Positions 7,859 to 9,588 of a stretch of 9,588 bases of DNA are shown piece by piece; position 1 is the stretch's first letter; each line of letters begins with the position of its first letter. This DNA is from Dehalococcoidia bacterium (GTDB taxonomy: Bacteria; Chloroflexota; Dehalococcoidia; DSTF01; RBG-16-68-14): contig JBBEBM010000081.1 in the NCBI GenBank assembly GCA_040882355.1, positions 1 through 9,588 on the forward strand, given 5' to 3'. A model generated the notes under the pieces. The model was not told where the DNA came from. It did no database searches and was given only the letters and a program-made list of their open reading frames with translations. Made by a program: the position numbers and the translations under genes.

Positions 7859-8430
7859 AGCGCCTCCTCCTTGGCGTCCGTTGACTCCGGGCTGTCCGGG
7901 CTGTCCGGGCTGTCCGGGCTGTCCGGGCTGTCCGGGCTGTCCGGGCTGTCCGGGCTATCGGGACTCTCTGCCCCCTCAGCAGCAGGCGCCTCGTCGTCCG
8001 GCTGGACTTCAGCCGCGGGTTCGGCCGGCGCGACCGGCTCGACCGTCGCCTCAGGAGTCTCCGCAACCGCCGCAGCCTCGGCCGCCGGCGGCGACTCCGC
8101 GGCCGGCGCCGTTTCGGCGGGCTGCTCGCGAGGCCGCTCGATCAGGTCGGCGTCGATCTCCTTCGGCTGCACTTCGGCGACCTCGCCGCGCTGGAGCACC
8201 TCCGCCACGCGCCACCGCTTGTGGCGCGAGAGCGGCCGCGTCTCCAGGATGCGGACCTTGTCCCCGGGCTTCGCGCCCAGCCGGTCGTCGTGGGCCATGT
8301 AGCGCTTCGTGCGCTTGAAGATCTTGTGATAGATGCGGTGGCGCGTCGTCGTCTCGACAGCGACGATCACCGTCTTCTCCATCCGGTCGCTCACGACCGT
8401 GCCGACCAGGCTCTTCTGCCGTCCGGCCAT
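7855..8430 (-). CDS. rpsQ: 30S ribosomal protein uS17 with ~100-aa acidic low-complexity C-terminal extension (191 aa)
   Basis: The S17 core [14 protein letters not shown]...AHD...[18 protein letters not shown] spans about residues 1-82. An A/E/P-rich tail and (SPD)8 follow in the same open frame. Confidence 0.96.
   Translation of the reverse strand: MAGRQKSLVGTVVSDRMEKTVIVAVETTTRHRIYHKIFKRTKRYMAHDDRLGAKPGDKVRILETRPLSRHKRWRVAEVLQRGEVAEVQPKEIDADLIERPREQPAETAPAAESPPAAEAAAVAETPEATVEPVAPAEPAAEVQPDDEAPAAEGAESPDSPDSPDSPDSPDSPDSPDSPDSPESTDAKEEAL
7863..7872 (-). promoter_or_regulatory. Shine-Dalgarno of rplN embedded in last codons of rpsQ (AAGGAGGAGG)
   Basis: AAG GAG GAG GCG CTG TGA encodes KEEAL* and precedes the overlapping GTG start of rplN. 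Confidence 0.8.
7885..7965 (-). repeat. In-frame 9-bp tandem repeat, 9 units, encoding (SPD)8-SPE within rpsQ
   Basis: The minus strand reads AGTCCCGAT + (AGCCCGGAC)x7 + AGCCCGGAG. The seven identical GTCCGGGCT units span 7894-7956 on the plus strand. Confidence 0.97.
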
Positions 8431-8433
8431 GAG

Positions 8434-8676
8434 CTAGGCTCCTCCCTCCGCGACTGCCTGCTGGGCAGCCGCGATCTCGCGCTGACGCTGGATCGTCTTG
8501 ATCCGCGCGATCTTGCGCCGCGACTTGCGCGGCAGCGACGTGTTGGCGAGCTGACGCGTGGCGAGCTGGAGCCGGGCCGTGAAGAGCTGTCGGTGCGTCT
8601 CGTCCATCTCCTTCACCAGGTCGGCGTCCGCGAGGTCGTGCAGATCTTCGCTCTTCCGCTTGCCCTTGCGTGCCAT
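8434..8676 (-). CDS. rpmC: 50S ribosomal protein uL29 (80 aa)
   Basis: EDLHDLADADL...QLFTARLQLATRQLANTS...RRKIARIKTI, positioned between rplP and rpsQ. Start reassigned to ATG at 8676, 1 nt after the rplP stop. Confidence 0.94.
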   Translation of the reverse strand: MARKGKRKSEDLHDLADADLVKEMDETHRQLFTARLQLATRQLANTSLPRKSRRKIARIKTIQRQREIAAAQQAVAEGGA

Positions 8677-8677
8677 C

Positions 8678-9097
8678 CTAGAACCCCTCGTGCTCACGCG
8701 ATACGAACTGCGTCTCGACAGACAGCTTGTGCGCCGCGAGGCGCATCGCCTCGCGCGCCAGCTCTTCCTTCACGCCCGCGATCTCGAAGAGCATGCGGCC
8801 TCGCTTGACGACGGCGACCCAGTGGTCGGGCGCGCCCTTGCCACTGCCCATGCGCGTCTCCGCCGCCTTCTTCGTAACCGGCTTGTCCGGAAAGATGCAG
8901 ATCCAGACCTTGCCACCGCGGCGCAGCGAGTGCGTGATCGCGCGGCGGGCGGCCTCGATCTGACGCGAATCCACCCAGGCGTTTCCCTTGGACTGCAGAC
9001 CGAACTCGCCGAAGGTCACCTGGTTCCCAGCGTTCGCCGGGCCCCTTCGCCTTCCGCGATGGGTCTTGCGCCATTTCACTCGCTTGGGCTGCAGCAT
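8678..9097 (-). CDS. rplP: 50S ribosomal protein uL16 (139 aa)
   Basis: [44 protein letters not shown] and RLAAHKL. Confidence 0.98.
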   Translation of the reverse strand: MLQPKRVKWRKTHRGRRRGPANAGNQVTFGEFGLQSKGNAWVDSRQIEAARRAITHSLRRGGKVWICIFPDKPVTKKAAETRMGSGKGAPDHWVAVVKRGRMLFEIAGVKEELAREAMRLAAHKLSVETQFVSREHEGF

Positions 9098-9103
9098 CGT
9101 TCG

Positions 9104-9588
9104 TTATCCCTGCGCCTCGCCTTTGGCCTGCGGCTCCAGCGCAGCCGGCGGCTCCGACTCGGTTGGAGCGACGGGCGCTTCGGCGGCAGCCTGCGCGGCG
9201 GGCGCCTCGGCGACAGGCGCCGCGGCCGGCGCCACCGCCGCCTCAGCCTCTTCGGCGGCCGCTTCCGGTCGCACGCGCTCCTCGGGCAGGATCTCGCCTC
9301 GATAGATCCAGACCTTCACGCCGATAAGCCCGAAGGTCGTGTGCGCTTCTGCCCGGCCAAAGTCGACGTCGGCGCGGATCGTGTGAAGCGGTACGCGCCC
9401 TTCCATCGTGCTCTCCCGCCGCGACATCTCGGACCCGCCGAGGCGGCCCGCGACCATCGCCTTGCAGCCCTCCGCTCCCCGGGCCATCGTGCGCGCCACG
9501 GTCTGCTTGAGGGCGCGGCGGAAGGCGACGCGCCGCTCGAGCTGATCGGCGATGTTGCGGGCGACCAGGTAGGCGTCCAGCTCCGGCA
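9104..9588 (-). CDS. rpsC: 30S ribosomal protein uS3 (3' part; begins upstream of window) with ~60-aa A/E/P tail
   Basis: The frame is open to the window end: [25 protein letters not shown]...[10 protein letters not shown]...[15 protein letters not shown]...[18 protein letters not shown]. Confidence 0.97.
   Translation of the reverse strand, partial: PELDAYLVARNIADQLERRVAFRRALKQTVARTMARGAEGCKAMVAGRLGGSEMSRRESTMEGRVPLHTIRADVDFGRAEAHTTFGLIGVKVWIYRGEILPEERVRPEAAAEEAEAAVAPAAAPVAEAPAAQAAAEAPVAPTESEPPAALEPQAKGEAQG

Noticed and set aside
7885..7965. Repeat as a possible CRISPR array or mobile-element end
   Set aside because: The units are 9 bp, head-to-tail with no spacers, lie inside a CDS, and have no cas or transposase genes nearby.
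7794..8318. Plus-strand ORF with (PGC)n repeats resembling a Cys-rich metal-binding protein; also the (SGL)n ORF 7871-8302 and the minus-strand (TAR)n ORF 7821-8066
   Set aside because: These are alternative-frame readings of the 9-bp repeat in rpsQ. Only the SPD frame is continuous with S17 and coupled to rplN.
5088..8676. Amber recoding or readthrough producing fusions (rplF-rplR and rpmC-rpsQ are in frame across a TAG)
   Set aside because: TAGs fall exactly at conserved C-termini (L36 RQG*, S14 SSW*, S8 YVW*, L18 LTF*), and none occurs inside a conserved domain. In-frame neighbours are expected about one time in three by chance.
5453..9074. Same-strand alternative-frame ORFs (5453-5815, 7225-7497, 7617-7799, 8694-9074; also 490-693 and 2486-2860)
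   Set aside because: They are Arg/Ala-rich off-frame translations nested in conserved genes, with no family motifs.
38..9305. Numerous long plus-strand ORFs (e.g. 38-649, 839-1486, 1511-2464, 3795-4529, 4196-5098, 5142-5900, 6377-7009, 8221-8808)
   Set aside because: All are antisense to well-conserved genes and have no recognisable motifs. They are the shadow ORFs expected from GC-rich codon usage.
1..9588. A novel multi-gene system inserted in the operon
   Set aside because: Every base is accounted for by canonical operon genes or spacers of 18 nt or less. No foreign gene, RNA element, intron or intein is visible.

Overview
The whole window is one compact, GC-rich, minus-strand block of the conserved S10-spc-alpha ribosomal protein superoperon: 'rpsC-rplP-rpmC-rpsQ-rplN-rplX-rplE-rpsZ(rpsN)-rpsH-rplF-rplR-rpsE-rpmD-rplO-secY-adk-map-infA-rpmJ-rpsM-rpsK'. 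rpsC and rpsK are cut by the window edges, and rpmJ is too short for the ORF track, so I translated it by hand. The gene order is the ordinary secY-adk-map-infA type. SecY motifs suggest Chloroflexota (Dehalococcoidia-like), which is an inference from recalled homologs. I found no mobile element, RNA gene, CRISPR array or new multi-gene system. The unusual points lie inside the housekeeping genes: (1) uS17 is about twice normal length, with an acidic Ala/Pro tail ending in an in-frame 9-bp tandem repeat, (SPD)8-SPE. (2) uS3 and uL15 also carry long low-complexity tails. (3) 15 of 20 stop codons are TAG, several fused to the next gene's Shine-Dalgarno (SD) sequence. (4) Zn-binding motifs are intact in uL24, uS14, bL36 and the Adk lid. 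(5) An Adk helix is atypical. (6) An AT-rich rare-codon patch in map contains an extended -10-like motif.
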